A DNA stretch of 64,000 nt. Source: Anaerolineae bacterium (GTDB taxonomy: Bacteria > Chloroflexota > Anaerolineae > DRVO01). A program made the position numbers and the translations under genes. The stretch lies in the NCBI GenBank assembly GCA_013178015.1, contig JABLXR010000031.1, positions 21,108 to 85,107 of the forward strand, read 5' to 3'. Under the pieces are notes generated by a model that had not been told where the DNA came from, searched no databases, and saw only the letters and a program-made list of their open reading frames with translations. Each line of letters starts with the position of its first letter. Positions within the stretch are counted from its first letter, which is position 1. This document shows positions 26,232-34,470 of this stretch, piece after piece.

Positions 26232-26913
26232 TCGGCGAATCAGAGTGCTCTTGGCTGATGACCACCCCTTCATGCGCGCTGGCATCCGAGCCACGCCGGC
26301 AAGCGAAGGGGACGTCAGCGTGGTAGGCGAGGCCAGCAACGCCGATGAAGCGCTGCAGCTGGCGATGCAGCTCAAGCCCGATGTGCTCCTCCTGGACCTG
26401 CACATGCCCGGGTCTCCGGCAGGGTCCGTGGTTGAGGAACTGAAGCGCCGTTGCCCGAACGTCCGGGTGTTGGTGCTCACCGCCTACGACGACGACGTCT
26501 ACGTACAGGGCATGCTGGCGCTAGGTGTAGCGGGGTACGTCCTCAAGGACGAAGTGCCTGAAGCACTCGTCCGAGCCTTGCGGGCCGTCTACCGGGGCGA
26601 CACGTGGTTCAGCACCCGCGCCCTGAACGCGTTGGCCCGCAGCCGGCAGGCCTACATGCCCCAGGACGGGCAGGGCCTCTTCACTGAGAGAGAGCTCGAG
26701 ATATTGCGCTTGATGATGGTAGGCAAGACGGACCGAGAGATTGCGGACGAGCTAGTCTGCGCGGAGAGGACCGTCCGGTATCACTTGCGCGGCATCTTCG
26801 GCAAGCTGGGCGTAGACAGCAGGGTGGAAGCGGCGGTGCGCGCCGCCCAGCTGAACCTCGGCGGCCGGGAGGGCACTGCTTCGGACTCGAGCGCCGGCCA
26901 ATCGCCCTCGTAG
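26224..26913 (+). CDS. NarL/LuxR-family response regulator (ComA-like)
   Basis: The GTG start overlaps the kinase stop (GTGA). The receiver domain (VLLADDHP…LLLDLHMPG) is followed by the LuxR HTH (TERELEILRLMMVGKTDREIADELVCAERTVRYHL). Confidence 0.9.
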   Translation: MIDRRIRVLLADDHPFMRAGIRATPASEGDVSVVGEASNADEALQLAMQLKPDVLLLDLHMPGSPAGSVVEELKRRCPNVRVLVLTAYDDDVYVQGMLALGVAGYVLKDEVPEALVRALRAVYRGDTWFSTRALNALARSRQAYMPQDGQGLFTERELEILRLMMVGKTDREIADELVCAERTVRYHLRGIFGKLGVDSRVEAAVRAAQLNLGGREGTASDSSAGQSPS

Positions 26914-26917
26914 CCGG

Positions 26918-28150
26918 TCACCCCGCCCCCACGCGAGCCTGCGCTACGGGAGCTAGGCCCAGGCAGCAGGCCCGGTACTGCTCCACGGCCTCGGCTGAGC
27001 GCAGGGAAACCGCGCTCCCTTGAGCGTGCAGGATATCCAGCTCAGGGAAGCATGACCGGTGCAGATAGTAGGCGTACTCCACTAGTTCCAGGGGGCCGTA
27101 GGCCCTCAGGGGCTGACCCGGTAGCTGCACGCAGGCCACGCACTTGCCCGCCTTCACCGCTGCCAGCACGGCTTCACTGCTACGCTCTCGAGCGAACGCC
27201 ACAGTCCAATACTGGCCCAAGGTGTGTTCCACCCCATGGGTGTCCGAGTTGCCCACGACGGGCAGCGACACCCCAGCCCTTAGCAGCTCCATGTGCAGGG
27301 CTATGGCGAGCAAGTTGTCCTCGAACTCCACCTCACCCAGCAGTTCGATCGCGTCCACCTCGCCATCGAGGCACAACCGCCGGCCCACCTCTCGATCCAG
27401 GTGGAACTCGCCCCCTGTCACCCAGAACGGGTGCGCCAAGATGGCCAAGCCGCCCAACTCCCGGATACTGCGAGCCGCCCACAGCGCCCGCGCATACCGC
27501 GCGGCGAGGTCGTCAGCGCAGCCCAGATGTCGCAGGTCTTCTTCGATCTCCGCCAACTGACGGCGATGCTCAGGCCTCTCCCGCAGTTCCGATATCCCCG
27601 CCCGGGTGCCCACTGCCACCAGGTGACCGCGCTCGAAGGTGACCTCCTCGCCCGGTATGACCACGATGGGCAGGGCCTCCCCCAGGGAGGCGGCCTCCGC
27701 GCCACCGTTCCAGTTGTCATGGTCGGTGACGGCCACGAAGTCCAAGCCTGCTGCCCAGGCCGCTCTGAGAAGCTCGGCAGGCGAGGACCGGCCGTCAGAG
27801 TACCAGGTGTGGGTGTGCAGATCTCCTCTCAGAGGCAGCAACCCCGCTAGGCCCGGCTCCACCGCGAACAGGGTTCCTACCCGGTGGCGGCGCCCTCCCG
27901 GAAACTCTAACGTGAGCCCCACCTCGCCAGCGAAGCGGGGAGCGTACCGGAAGCGCACCCGCCCGTCAGGCCCTCGTGCCGCTGCGGCTGTCGCCGGGCT
28001 CGAGGGCCACACCTTGGGATGGAGCTCACACCGGTAGTCACCCTCAGGCAGCCGGTCGTCGACAGCCCTGGGCGCGATAGTGAACTCGGTCTCCCGCCCC
28101 GTCGGCGCCACCAACGGGTAGACGCGCAGATGCACCAGCTCAGGCTCCAC
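26918..28150 (-). CDS. PHP-domain metal-dependent phosphoesterase
   Basis: The PHP motif is DLHTHTWYSDGRSSPAELLRAAWAAGLDFVAVTDHD. The GTG start at 28150 follows GGAGGGG and lies just after the xylulokinase stop at 28162. The ORF extending to 28453 overlaps the upstream gene. Confidence 0.7.
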   Translation of the reverse strand: MEPELVHLRVYPLVAPTGRETEFTIAPRAVDDRLPEGDYRCELHPKVWPSSPATAAAARGPDGRVRFRYAPRFAGEVGLTLEFPGGRRHRVGTLFAVEPGLAGLLPLRGDLHTHTWYSDGRSSPAELLRAAWAAGLDFVAVTDHDNWNGGAEAASLGEALPIVVIPGEEVTFERGHLVAVGTRAGISELRERPEHRRQLAEIEEDLRHLGCADDLAARYARALWAARSIRELGGLAILAHPFWVTGGEFHLDREVGRRLCLDGEVDAIELLGEVEFEDNLLAIALHMELLRAGVSLPVVGNSDTHGVEHTLGQYWTVAFARERSSEAVLAAVKAGKCVACVQLPGQPLRAYGPLELVEYAYYLHRSCFPELDILHAQGSAVSLRSAEAVEQYRACCLGLAPVAQARVGAG

Positions 28151-28161
28151 TTCAGCCCCTC

Positions 28162-29679
28162 CTAGGTCCCCGCTCCCATGCCTACGCGCCAGTCCGCCAG
28201 ACCCTCGAAGACTTGTCGGAGAGCCGGATACAGGGATCGGTACATGGCCGCCAGCCGCTCGTACTCTCGGCGCGCCTGTGGCTGTGGCTCGGTTGAGGGG
28301 CCATACATCACACACGCCTGCCGAGCCTCCTCGAAGGAGTGGAATACACCCGCTCCCATCCCGGCGAGCATGGCTGCGCCCACCACCGCCCTCTCCTGAC
28401 CGATCACTGTCGTCAGCGGCAGCCCCAGGACGTCGGCCTGGATCTGGCGCCACAACCGGCTCCTGGCCCCTCCGCCCGAGGCCACCAGCATGCTCGGGCG
28501 TGGAACCAGCTCGCTCAGGACCTCCAGCCCTTCGGCCAGCGCCATAGCCACCCCTTCCATGATGGCTCGAGCCAGGTGGCCACGCCCATGGCCCAGCGCC
28601 AGTCCCACGAAGGCTCCTCGGGCCCGGCTATCCATGTGTGGCGTCCTTTCGCCTAGGAGGTAGGGTAGGAAGAGCAACCCGCCGGCACCGAGCCCAGCCT
28701 CTGCCGCCTCCCCATCAAGGATCTGGTATCCGGTGTCGGCCGGCAATCCGAGCGTATCTCGCCACCAGCGCAGCGAAAGCCCCGCCGAGAGGATAGCTGC
28801 CATGAGGAACCACGTGCCCGGGACGGCATGCCGGAAGCAGTGCACCCTCAGCTGCGGATCGGGGCTGGGCGAAGCGGCCGGCTGCAGCAGTTGCCCTCCC
28901 GTTCCGACGGTGCAGGAGGCGGTCGAGGGCTCCAGCACACCGTTGCCCACCGCCTGGGCCGCCTGATCCCCTGCCCCAGCGACCACGGGCGTGCCTGCCT
29001 GCAACCCCAACACCTCTGCGGCGGCAGCAGTCAGCCGCCCGGCGACAGCATGAGAGGCGACGATTCCCGGCAGCAGCGTCGTCTCCACTCCTGCCGCCGA
29101 GGTCAGCTCCGCCGACCACTGGTCACGTGTTATGTCAAACAGAAGACTGGCGCTGGCGTCGCTTGGTTCCGAGGCGGCCTCCCCGGTGAGGCGCAGACGC
29201 AGGTAGTCCTTGGGCAAGAGCGCCCACCGTGCCTTCTCCAGCAACTCAGGCCGCTCCGTCCCCAGCCACCGCAGCGTCGCAGCCATGAAGCCGGGGGAAA
29301 CCCTGTTCCCAGCCATACACGCCAGCCGGTCCAGCCCGAGTTCGCAGTTGAGCCCATCGGCGACGGCAGCGCTACGTCCGTCGGCCCAGATGATCGCGCG
29401 CCCGATTGCCCGCCCATCGTCAGAGACGAGCACCGTGCCATGCATTTGCCCCGAGAGTCCGATGGCCCTCACCGATGCGGGCGGCACCTGGGAGCAGTGC
29501 AGCGCCTCGGAGCAGGCCGCAGCGGTGGCCCGCCACCACACCTCCGTATCCTGCTCGGCCCAACCTGGACAGGGCACCTCGATGGAGTACTCCCGCTGAC
29601 CCAAGCCCAGGATTCGGCCGCCCTGGTCCACCACGGCCACCCGAACGCTGGACGTCCCCAGGTCCATGCCGATGAGCAC
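28162..29679 (-). CDS. xylB: FGGY-family carbohydrate kinase (xylulokinase-like)
   Basis: GTG start. The N-terminal phosphate-1 motif is MLIGMDLGTSSVRVAVVD. The protein is 505 aa. Confidence 0.85.
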   Translation of the reverse strand: MLIGMDLGTSSVRVAVVDQGGRILGLGQREYSIEVPCPGWAEQDTEVWWRATAAACSEALHCSQVPPASVRAIGLSGQMHGTVLVSDDGRAIGRAIIWADGRSAAVADGLNCELGLDRLACMAGNRVSPGFMAATLRWLGTERPELLEKARWALLPKDYLRLRLTGEAASEPSDASASLLFDITRDQWSAELTSAAGVETTLLPGIVASHAVAGRLTAAAAEVLGLQAGTPVVAGAGDQAAQAVGNGVLEPSTASCTVGTGGQLLQPAASPSPDPQLRVHCFRHAVPGTWFLMAAILSAGLSLRWWRDTLGLPADTGYQILDGEAAEAGLGAGGLLFLPYLLGERTPHMDSRARGAFVGLALGHGRGHLARAIMEGVAMALAEGLEVLSELVPRPSMLVASGGGARSRLWRQIQADVLGLPLTTVIGQERAVVGAAMLAGMGAGVFHSFEEARQACVMYGPSTEPQPQARREYERLAAMYRSLYPALRQVFEGLADWRVGMGAGT

Positions 29680-29687
29680 GGGCCCTC

Positions 29688-30023
29688 CTACAGGTCCACT
29701 TTGTCCTCAGGGAGGAAGGGCGCCTTGATGAACACCAGCTTGAGGTCGTCGTCCGAGGTGTTGACGATCTTGTGATCGTCCCGCGGCTCCATGCGATAGG
29801 CATCGCCTGGGATCAGAGCGTGCTCCCGGCCACCAGAATGGAGCACCCCGCGTCCACGAACCACGAAGAACGTTTCCTCCACTTCGCTGTGATAGTGGGC
29901 GGGCAGGCTCTCTCCTGGTCTGAGCAGGATGACGCCCCAGTCCACGCGCGGCCCACGGAACAAGTACTTGACCCCGCTGTCGCCGCCCCGATAGGGTAGC
30001 TCGAACTCGTTCACTCGCTGCAT
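29688..30023 (-). CDS. cupin-domain protein
   Basis: A conserved cupin 2 barrel is present (…GESLPAHYHSEVEETFFVVRGRGVL…) over 111 aa. Confidence 0.7.
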   Translation of the reverse strand: MQRVNEFELPYRGGDSGVKYLFRGPRVDWGVILLRPGESLPAHYHSEVEETFFVVRGRGVLHSGGREHALIPGDAYRMEPRDDHKIVNTSDDDLKLVFIKAPFLPEDKVDL

Positions 30024-30033
30024 TGGCTGCTCC

Positions 30034-30726
30034 TCAGACGGCCTGGAAAATGGCTAGGATCAGAGGCGCGAACACCAGTGCGGGCAGGAAGTTGCCCACG
30101 CGCACCCCCCGAATACCGAGCAGACGAATCCCGATGCCGAGGACCATCACTCCACCGGTGGCGGTCAGCTCGGCCACCACCGGGGCAGTGAAGGCGGCCT
30201 CGGCCGCCCCGGCCAGCAGAGTGATGGCGCCCTGGTAGACCAGGATGGTCACCACCGAGAAGAGCACTCCTACACCCATAGTGGAAGCAAATGCTAGTGC
30301 GCTGAAGCCGTCGAGCACGGACTTGACCGCCAGCAGGGAGTAGTCCCCCCTCAGGCCATCGTCCAGTGCTCCCAGGATGGTCATCGGACCGACGCAGAAG
30401 AGCAGGCTGGCGGCCACGAATCCCTCGGTGAAGCGGGATCCATCTGTCCCCCGAACCCGTGCCCGTAGGGCATCGCCCAGCGACGCCAAGCGATCCTCGA
30501 TCTTAGCCCATTCGCCCACCAGTGCCCCCAGCAGCATGGCCAGCAGCACCACCAACGCGTTCTCGGTCCTCAGCGCCATCTGAGTGCCCAGCACGATCGT
30601 CACCAGCCCGATGCCGTCCATTACTGTCTCTCGGGGCCGTTCGCCCAGGCGGCTGCCCAGGAGAAGGCCGGCACCTCCTCCGACTGCCACGGCCCCCGCG
30701 TTGATGAGGGTTCCCGTCAAGCCCAT
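30034..30726 (-). CDS. DUF554 (YqgA-like) membrane protein
   Basis: The N-terminus MGLTGTLINAGAVAVGG…, the MDGIGLVTIVLGTQMAL motif and an overall pattern typical of YqgA are present over 230 aa. Confidence 0.75.
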   Translation of the reverse strand: MGLTGTLINAGAVAVGGGAGLLLGSRLGERPRETVMDGIGLVTIVLGTQMALRTENALVVLLAMLLGALVGEWAKIEDRLASLGDALRARVRGTDGSRFTEGFVAASLLFCVGPMTILGALDDGLRGDYSLLAVKSVLDGFSALAFASTMGVGVLFSVVTILVYQGAITLLAGAAEAAFTAPVVAELTATGGVMVLGIGIRLLGIRGVRVGNFLPALVFAPLILAIFQAV

Positions 30727-30949
30727 CCCCCCTCAGTATCGCCGTCGCGCCCGCATGCTGGGAGGCAGTCGCCCAGGCCGGCCAATTCGATACCGCTGAC
30801 CGCCCCAATCATAGCCACTCACTCTCGCCGAACTGCCCTCCGGTCTCTCTCGCGCTCTCCACTGGAACCACCAACTGACGCAGGCACCGGACCTTCGCGC
30901 GGAGGTCCGGTGCCCGCGTCAGTAAGGTCTGGCCTCTACGGGAGCGCGC

Positions 30950-31531
30950 CTAGCCGGTGAAGAACGGGAACTCGGTGTCGTCCCAGTAGGTGTTGTTGTC
31001 CTCCAGGTACTCCAGACTTCGCTGCAGCCACTGGTGATGACGGTTCTCCTCCTCCATCAGGAGGCGATAGGCAGCTCGAGCGTTGGGGTCGTCGGCCCGT
31101 TCGTAGGCATCCCGATAGAGGGCGAATCCGCGTTCTTCTGCCTTGAGGGCCAGTTCCAGCGCTTCGCGGTCGCCCGACCCGGCGTGAAGACCAGGGATCA
31201 CCCGGCTCGGATCCGGGAAGAGCCGCTCCTCGGGTATGGCAGCCCCAGGCACGTCGCCAGGGGAAACCTTGAACTGCTCAATCGGGGGAACAGAGGCGGC
31301 CTTGGCCTTCTCCACACTGATCCACCCACCGCCATCGAGCAGACTCTGATACTCGCCCGCTAGGACACGGTAGTGCTCCTCTTCGTCATGGGCCAAGCCC
31401 AGAAACATGCGCCGACCCATCTCGTCCCGCACGTGATGGGCAATCGCGAGGTAGTAGCGTCTACCTTCCTGCTCGTTGATGATCGCGTACGCCAGCGCTG
31501 CCAGCGCCGCCGCGTTCGATGCTGAGGACAT
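30950..31531 (-). CDS. ferritin-like/rubrerythrin-like domain protein (no obvious encapsulin targeting tag)
   Basis: Two E…EEH-type helix pairs (…DEMGRRMFLGLAHDEEEHY… and …EEENRHHQWL…) are separated by a Pro-rich linker. The gene is immediately downstream of the encapsulin gene. Confidence 0.55.
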   Translation of the reverse strand: MSSASNAAALAALAYAIINEQEGRRYYLAIAHHVRDEMGRRMFLGLAHDEEEHYRVLAGEYQSLLDGGGWISVEKAKAASVPPIEQFKVSPGDVPGAAIPEERLFPDPSRVIPGLHAGSGDREALELALKAEERGFALYRDAYERADDPNARAAYRLLMEEENRHHQWLQRSLEYLEDNNTYWDDTEFPFFTG

Positions 31532-31583
31532 CGGGCAAACTCCTCCGACTGACAGAATGTACTGACGCGGAAGGCACGATCGC

Positions 31584-32417
31584 TCACTCCAGAACGCAGA
31601 TTCCCTCGGGGCGCCGTATCCGCAGCGCCAGGGTCTCCAGCACCCGGAAGGGATGGTTCAGTTCCTCCGGGCCCTTGTAGGCGACCTGAATATCGCCGCC
31701 GATGGCCAGGTCCAAGACGTCAGGGCCGGATGAGACCAGAGCGCCTGTGCCGGCATCCAGAATGGGGCTCTGGAAGACCCCCGCCTCGGCCACCGACTTG
31801 ATAAGCTCCAGCTCCAGCCTACCTCCGTGCCCGAGAATGCGCAGGAGCTTGGTGTACAAGTCGGGCGCGAGCACCAGAGCGTACGGGCCCATGGCGGCGT
31901 TGGCCACCAATAGCGAGCGGGCCTGTGCCACCGCCGCCAGCCCACTTCCCGGCTCCTCCCAGCCAGCCTCGATCGCCACCGTCACGTGTCCGGGAACCCT
32001 CATGATTCCGGGGTTGTCGTCCGTGCCGTAGAACACCAGTCGGTCCTCCGCGCGGGCGAGCATCGCCCCCGCGGCTGCTCCGGCAGAGACGTCCAGGGGA
32101 GCGTGCAGGTCCCGCGCCGTGGCGATGTCCCGCCACGTGAGCCGAAAGTCCTTGTACAGCATCTCCAGCGCCAGCAGGCGCCTCTCCGTGGGCACGACCT
32201 CGTCGGTCTCCTCTTCGCCATAGGTGCCCATGGTGCCCGGGCTCACGCCCTTGACCTTGTCCACCCACACGGCCTGCACTCCCAGGCCCAGAGGCCCGTA
32301 CAGGCTGATGAACCGCCTCCCTACCAGGTTCGCCCGGGCGGCCTGCATCACGGCAGAATCAATCTGCTCCCACTCCTGGTCGCTCAAGGGAGCGTCCTGT
32401 CGCAACAACAACTCCAT
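31584..32417 (-). CDS. family 1 encapsulin nanocompartment shell protein (linocin M18-like, HK97 fold)
   Basis: The N-terminus MELLLRQDAPLSDQEWEQIDSAVMQAARANLVGRRFISLYGPLGLG aligns with the T. maritima encapsulin start ([20 protein letters not shown]…GRKF…GP.G). The protein is 277 aa with GGAGG upstream. Confidence 0.85.
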   Translation of the reverse strand: MELLLRQDAPLSDQEWEQIDSAVMQAARANLVGRRFISLYGPLGLGVQAVWVDKVKGVSPGTMGTYGEEETDEVVPTERRLLALEMLYKDFRLTWRDIATARDLHAPLDVSAGAAAGAMLARAEDRLVFYGTDDNPGIMRVPGHVTVAIEAGWEEPGSGLAAVAQARSLLVANAAMGPYALVLAPDLYTKLLRILGHGGRLELELIKSVAEAGVFQSPILDAGTGALVSSGPDVLDLAIGGDIQVAYKGPEELNHPFRVLETLALRIRRPEGICVLE

Positions 32418-32487
32418 TGTCTCACCTCCAACAGCGTTATGACTGGAAATCCTCGGCCCGTGGCAGACAGACTGGGCCGGCCTTCCC

Positions 32488-33573
32488 TTACCTAGACTTG
32501 AGGCTACCTACCGTGAATCCGGGCGCAGTGCGCCCAGAGGCGGGCCTCCCCTCCGCCGAGCTCAAGTCGGGCGCGGCGTCCGCCCTCTCCGCCGGTGTCC
32601 CGGTGCGGGCGTCGGCAACCGAGGCCGAATCCTTGCCGGATCCACGCTCCTTCGCCGGCTGAGTACGGCCCAGGCCCGGCCGCTGCGAGGCCGGATCATT
32701 CTCCCGCACTCGCCCCAGCATCAGGTCGAACATGTGAATGTGGAACTCCTCGTTCTCCCGGGCTCGGTCCAGGGTCTCCACCAGCTCGGCTTGATCCTCG
32801 TCGTTGCGCAAGCGGTCAGCGTATTCGGCGTAGGTAGCGGCCACGCTCTTCTCGGCCTCCAAATCCGCTCCCAGCATGTCCCCGGTGGCTTCCCCCTTGT
32901 GCACCAAGCCACGCGCAAACAGGGGGAAGTGACCCGACTCAGCAGCCAGTTCGCCAAACCAGCCCAGGTGCTGCATCTCATTGATAGAGATGGTCTCCAG
33001 CTCTCGGCTCGCTTCGTAGTCCGGGGTGACGAAGGAGTGGAACAGGTACTGGAGGATGACCGTGTATTCGTGCTGGGTAGCGTAGTCTAGCACTCTGGCT
33101 ACCTCAGCCGCCAAGCCCTCGCCCTGGTAGATCCCGGCGGGCTTCCCTTCGAGCTCGCCTCCCGGACCGAACTTCTCGCGGAAAGAAGTGAAGACCTCCA
33201 GGTGAGCACGCTCGTCCGTCAGGATGCGATCAATGAGGGCGACGATCTTAGGGTCGTCAATGGCCTTCTTGTGAGCCTCGTACTGAGCGATGGCGTCCTC
33301 TTCGGCCCGGATGTCCCTCGCCATCCATTCGAGTGGGGCCTTGCCGCCTAGCTCCATCTCGGTGCGGTCCAGAATGGGCTCCCCGCCCAGCTGGGTGATG
33401 GCCTGCGCCAGCCACTTGAAGTGGCGCATCTCATCCCGCGCTGTCTGTTCTATCTCGGCCGCCTCTTCCCCCTCCCCCAGCAGGTAGGCGTGCTGCAGGT
33501 AGAGAATGATGGCTCCGTGTTCATCACGCATGTCGTCGTACAGCATCTTGATGATCTCGTTCTTCGCTGCCAT
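32488..33573 (-). CDS. tandem ferritin-like (rubrerythrin/Bfr-like) encapsulin cargo protein with C-terminal targeting peptide
   Basis: The ATG at 33573 follows AGGAGGG. Two diiron-type ferritin-like repeats (…AYLLGEGEEAAEIEQTARDEMRHFKWL… and …YLFHSFVTPDYEASRELETISINEMQHLGWF…) are followed by a disordered tail ending …APGFTVGSLKSR, which matches the family-1 cargo-loading consensus (TVGSLK). Confidence 0.7.
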   Translation of the reverse strand: MAAKNEIIKMLYDDMRDEHGAIILYLQHAYLLGEGEEAAEIEQTARDEMRHFKWLAQAITQLGGEPILDRTEMELGGKAPLEWMARDIRAEEDAIAQYEAHKKAIDDPKIVALIDRILTDERAHLEVFTSFREKFGPGGELEGKPAGIYQGEGLAAEVARVLDYATQHEYTVILQYLFHSFVTPDYEASRELETISINEMQHLGWFGELAAESGHFPLFARGLVHKGEATGDMLGADLEAEKSVAATYAEYADRLRNDEDQAELVETLDRARENEEFHIHMFDLMLGRVRENDPASQRPGLGRTQPAKERGSGKDSASVADARTGTPAERADAAPDLSSAEGRPASGRTAPGFTVGSLKSR

Positions 33574-33584
33574 TCGCCACCCTC

Positions 33585-34457
33585 CTAACACTGATCGGAT
33601 CTGATCCGCAACCACGTATGCCAGAGCAGTACTGCGTCCTGATCGTTTGTCGGACTCTCGCAGATCACGCGCCCCGACACGCGCAGGCGCGCGAGAACGC
33701 CCAGGAGCCCCCTGTAGTTGAGGTCCGACTCCGGCAGAGGCACATGCCTGATTTCCCCTCGGGCGCCATACTCAATGCCGCTGACGTGTATGTGGACGTC
33801 CTGCAGGGCCTCGCTCCCCAGCGCCTGCCCCATGCGCTGCAGCACCTGCTCAAACTCGTCCTCCGTGTTCATCAGTCCTTGCCTGGCGTGCAAGTGCGCG
33901 AAGTCCAGGCAAGGTCTGACGCCGGGCACATCTTGCGCCAGCCGGAGCAGTTCGTCAAGGTCTCCGAACTGAGCCTGCTTGCCAGTCGTCTCCGGGCGCA
34001 GGCAAATGTGGACTCCCTCCTCTCGCAAGATGTGCGACATCTCAGCAACGTGCGACCGCACCACTTGGTACACGCGCTCAGGTGCGTCGTCGTGCCTCCA
34101 TCCGGCGTGGAACACGACCGTGTCGGCACCACAGAGATACCCGACCCGAGCGGCCTGCAACACCCGGTAGCGACTGGCCTTGACCTTGTCCGCCGACGGG
34201 GAGTTCAGGTTGATGTAGTAGGACGCATGGGCGCTGAGGGCCACGTCCAGCCGATGTGCCTGGGCCTGTACATCCGGTGCCTGATCCGGCCGCACGTTCA
34301 CCCGGTGCACGAAAGCCAGCTCCATGGCCTGCAGGCCAAGCCGCCGCACCTCAGCGATGCCATCCAGGTGGCTGGCTCCACTTAGGCTTCGAGGGACACC
34401 GGCGGTGCCGAAGCGCAGAGGCGCCCCGCATCCGGAGCGCTCCGCTGCCCCTGTCAT
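33585..34457 (-). CDS. nfo: endonuclease IV-like (AP endonuclease family 2, TIM barrel)
   Basis: HASYYINLNSPSADKVKASR resembles the Nfo HAPYLINLG region, with metal-binding H/D/E positions. The ATG at 34457 follows the upstream stop at 34471. The ORF extending to 34685 is an over-extension. Confidence 0.7.
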   Translation of the reverse strand: MTGAAERSGCGAPLRFGTAGVPRSLSGASHLDGIAEVRRLGLQAMELAFVHRVNVRPDQAPDVQAQAHRLDVALSAHASYYINLNSPSADKVKASRYRVLQAARVGYLCGADTVVFHAGWRHDDAPERVYQVVRSHVAEMSHILREEGVHICLRPETTGKQAQFGDLDELLRLAQDVPGVRPCLDFAHLHARQGLMNTEDEFEQVLQRMGQALGSEALQDVHIHVSGIEYGARGEIRHVPLPESDLNYRGLLGVLARLRVSGRVICESPTNDQDAVLLWHTWLRIRSDQC

Positions 34458-34470
34458 CGGCAGAGCGAGC

